From Pirellulales bacterium (GTDB taxonomy: Bacteria > Planctomycetota > Planctomycetia > Pirellulales > PNKZ01), in assembly GCA_049840675.1 (NCBI GenBank), contig JASGKB010000013.1, forward strand, positions 27,288-91,287: 64,000 nt of DNA, given 5' to 3'. The position numbers and the translations under genes were made by a program. The notes under the pieces were generated by a model, which made no database searches, had not been told where the DNA came from, and saw only the letters and a list, made by a program, of their open reading frames with translations. How positions within the stretch are numbered: position 1 is the first letter of the stretch; each line of letters begins with the position of its first letter. This document shows, one piece after another, positions 62,723-64,000 of this stretch.

Positions 62723-63900
62723 ATGAAAGCCATTTGTTGGATGGGAACCAAAGACGTTCGACTGGAGACGGTTCCGGACCCTGCCATTCTCGACCCCGAC
62801 GATTGCATTGTGCGCAGTAACGCGCACGGCGATTTGCGGATCGGATCTCCATCTGTTCGCCGGTCTGATGCCGACGATGGAAAAGGGAGACGTGTTGGGA
62901 CATGAATTTATGGGTGAAGTGGTCGAAGTAGGCAGCAATGTCCGCAAGCTCAAGACCGGCATGCGGGTCGTCGTGCCGTTCACGATCGCTTGCGGACGTT
63001 GCTTCTTCTGCGACAAGGGCCTTTTCGCAGCCTGCGACGAAACGAATCCTAACGCCGATCTAGCCCGCAAGGCGATGGGCCAATCGCCGGCGGGAATGTT
63101 CGGCTATTCGCACATGCTCGGGGGATTTCCCGGCGGGCAGGCGCAATACGTACGAGTCCCGCACCGACGTCGGGCCGGTCGTGATTCCCGAGGGCATCGA
63201 CGACGAACGCGTGCTCTTCCTATCCGACATCTTCCCGACGGGCTACATGGCCGCGGAAAACTGCGGCATCGAGCCGGGCGATACGGTGGCCGTTTGGGGC
63301 TGCGGGCCCGTCGGCCAATTCGCGATTCAAAGTGCTTGGATGCTCGGCGCCGGCCGAGTGATTGCGATCGACCGTGTGCCCGAGCGGCTCGCGCTTGCGG
63401 AGAGGTACGGTCGCGCGGAAACCCTCGACTCGGAGAAAGAAAACGTCCCCGAGCGGCTCGACGAAATGACAAAGCGCCGCGGCCCCGATCGGTGTATCGA
63501 CGCCGTCGGCGCCAAAGCGCACGGCAGCGGACAATTGAGCGACGCGCTCGATAAGGCGACGACCGCTTTGGCGATGCGAATGGACCGTCCGCACGTGCTG
63601 CGCGAGGCCATTTACTCCTGCCGTAAGGGAGGCACGGTCTCCATTCCCGGCGTTTACTTCGGTTATCTCGACGCCATACCGATGGGCGCCGCTATGAACA
63701 AAGGTCTCACGTTCAAGATGGGCCAAACCCACATGCAGCGCTATATGCAGCCGCTGTTGGAAAAAATCCTCGCAGGTGAAATCGACCCGTCGTTCATCAT
63801 CACGCATCGCCTGAAGCTGGAAGACGGGCCCGATGCCTATAAAACCTTCCGCGATAAGAAAGACGATTGCATCAAAGTGGTGATGGACCCGTGGGCCTGA
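62723..63900 (+). CDS. Zn-dependent alcohol dehydrogenase (glutathione-independent formaldehyde-dehydrogenase-like MDR); two frameshifts (about 62816 and 63165)
   Basis: ATG 62723 gives [20 protein letters not shown]. It joins [36 protein letters not shown] (ORF 62808..), then [31 protein letters not shown] (ORF 63181..63900). Confidence 0.85.
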
Positions 63901-63927
63901 TGTCTTCAATTCAACAGCGTCGCGTCT

Positions 63928-64000
63928 ATGAAGTTCGTAAGTTTCAATTCCCGTAGCGGCGATTTCGTCGGCTTGGCCACGAGCCGCGATGCCCAGGCCT
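63928..64000 (+). CDS. 5' end of a gene running off the window (possibly fumarylacetoacetate-hydrolase family)
   Basis: ATG 63928 gives MKFVSFNSRSGDFVGLATSRDAQA. This N-terminal pattern is common in FAH-family proteins, but only 24 codons are visible. Confidence 0.25.
   Translation, partial: MKFVSFNSRSGDFVGLATSRDAQA

Overview
High-GC bacterial chromosome segment. The gene content suggests Planctomycetota, probably Pirellulales-like: a giant secretin, many Pro/Ala/Thr-rich exported proteins and a DUF1580-type HTH. This assignment comes from reading motifs, not from a search. I support about 55 protein genes, one tRNA-Pro(GGG), two REP-doublet palindromes and two clear terminators. No rRNA or CRISPR array is present.

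Recognisable content:
- a PilO/PilP-like protein, giant secretin and coupled lipoprotein module
- a minus-strand array of pseudokinase, zinc-ribbon membrane protein, PIG-L deacetylase, low-GC lipoprotein and DUF1080 protein
- gdh, ltaE, hisD-hisC-hisB, tatC, a PMI-type isomerase, ggt, a DUF1111 dihaem protein and an acyl desaturase
- ispF-cysS-ruvC-ruvA-ruvB
- an ABC-2 exporter next to a scramblase-like gene
- a DUF2167 protein plus a zinc-ribbon membrane protein
- a cassette of TIM-barrel gene, small ORF, UbiA prenyltransferase and second TIM-barrel gene
- an FG-GAP/VCBS protein
- a tyrosine-integrase island at tRNA-Pro, visibly low in GC and gene-poor
- an exported PDZ protein with about 50 consecutive 11-residue helical repeats
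- a Zn-dependent alcohol dehydrogenase

Main caveat: at least about 28 single-base frameshifts split otherwise conserved genes, including ispF, hisD, hisC and ruvB. Several sit in homopolymer runs. I read these as consensus indel errors, not pseudogenes, so many entries in the ORF track are fragments that I have re-joined.

I found no canonical defence or biosynthetic system. The best candidates for something undescribed are the island cargo, the UbiA cassette, the PDZ/11-mer protein and the pseudokinase array. All family names are recalled from motifs and need database confirmation.
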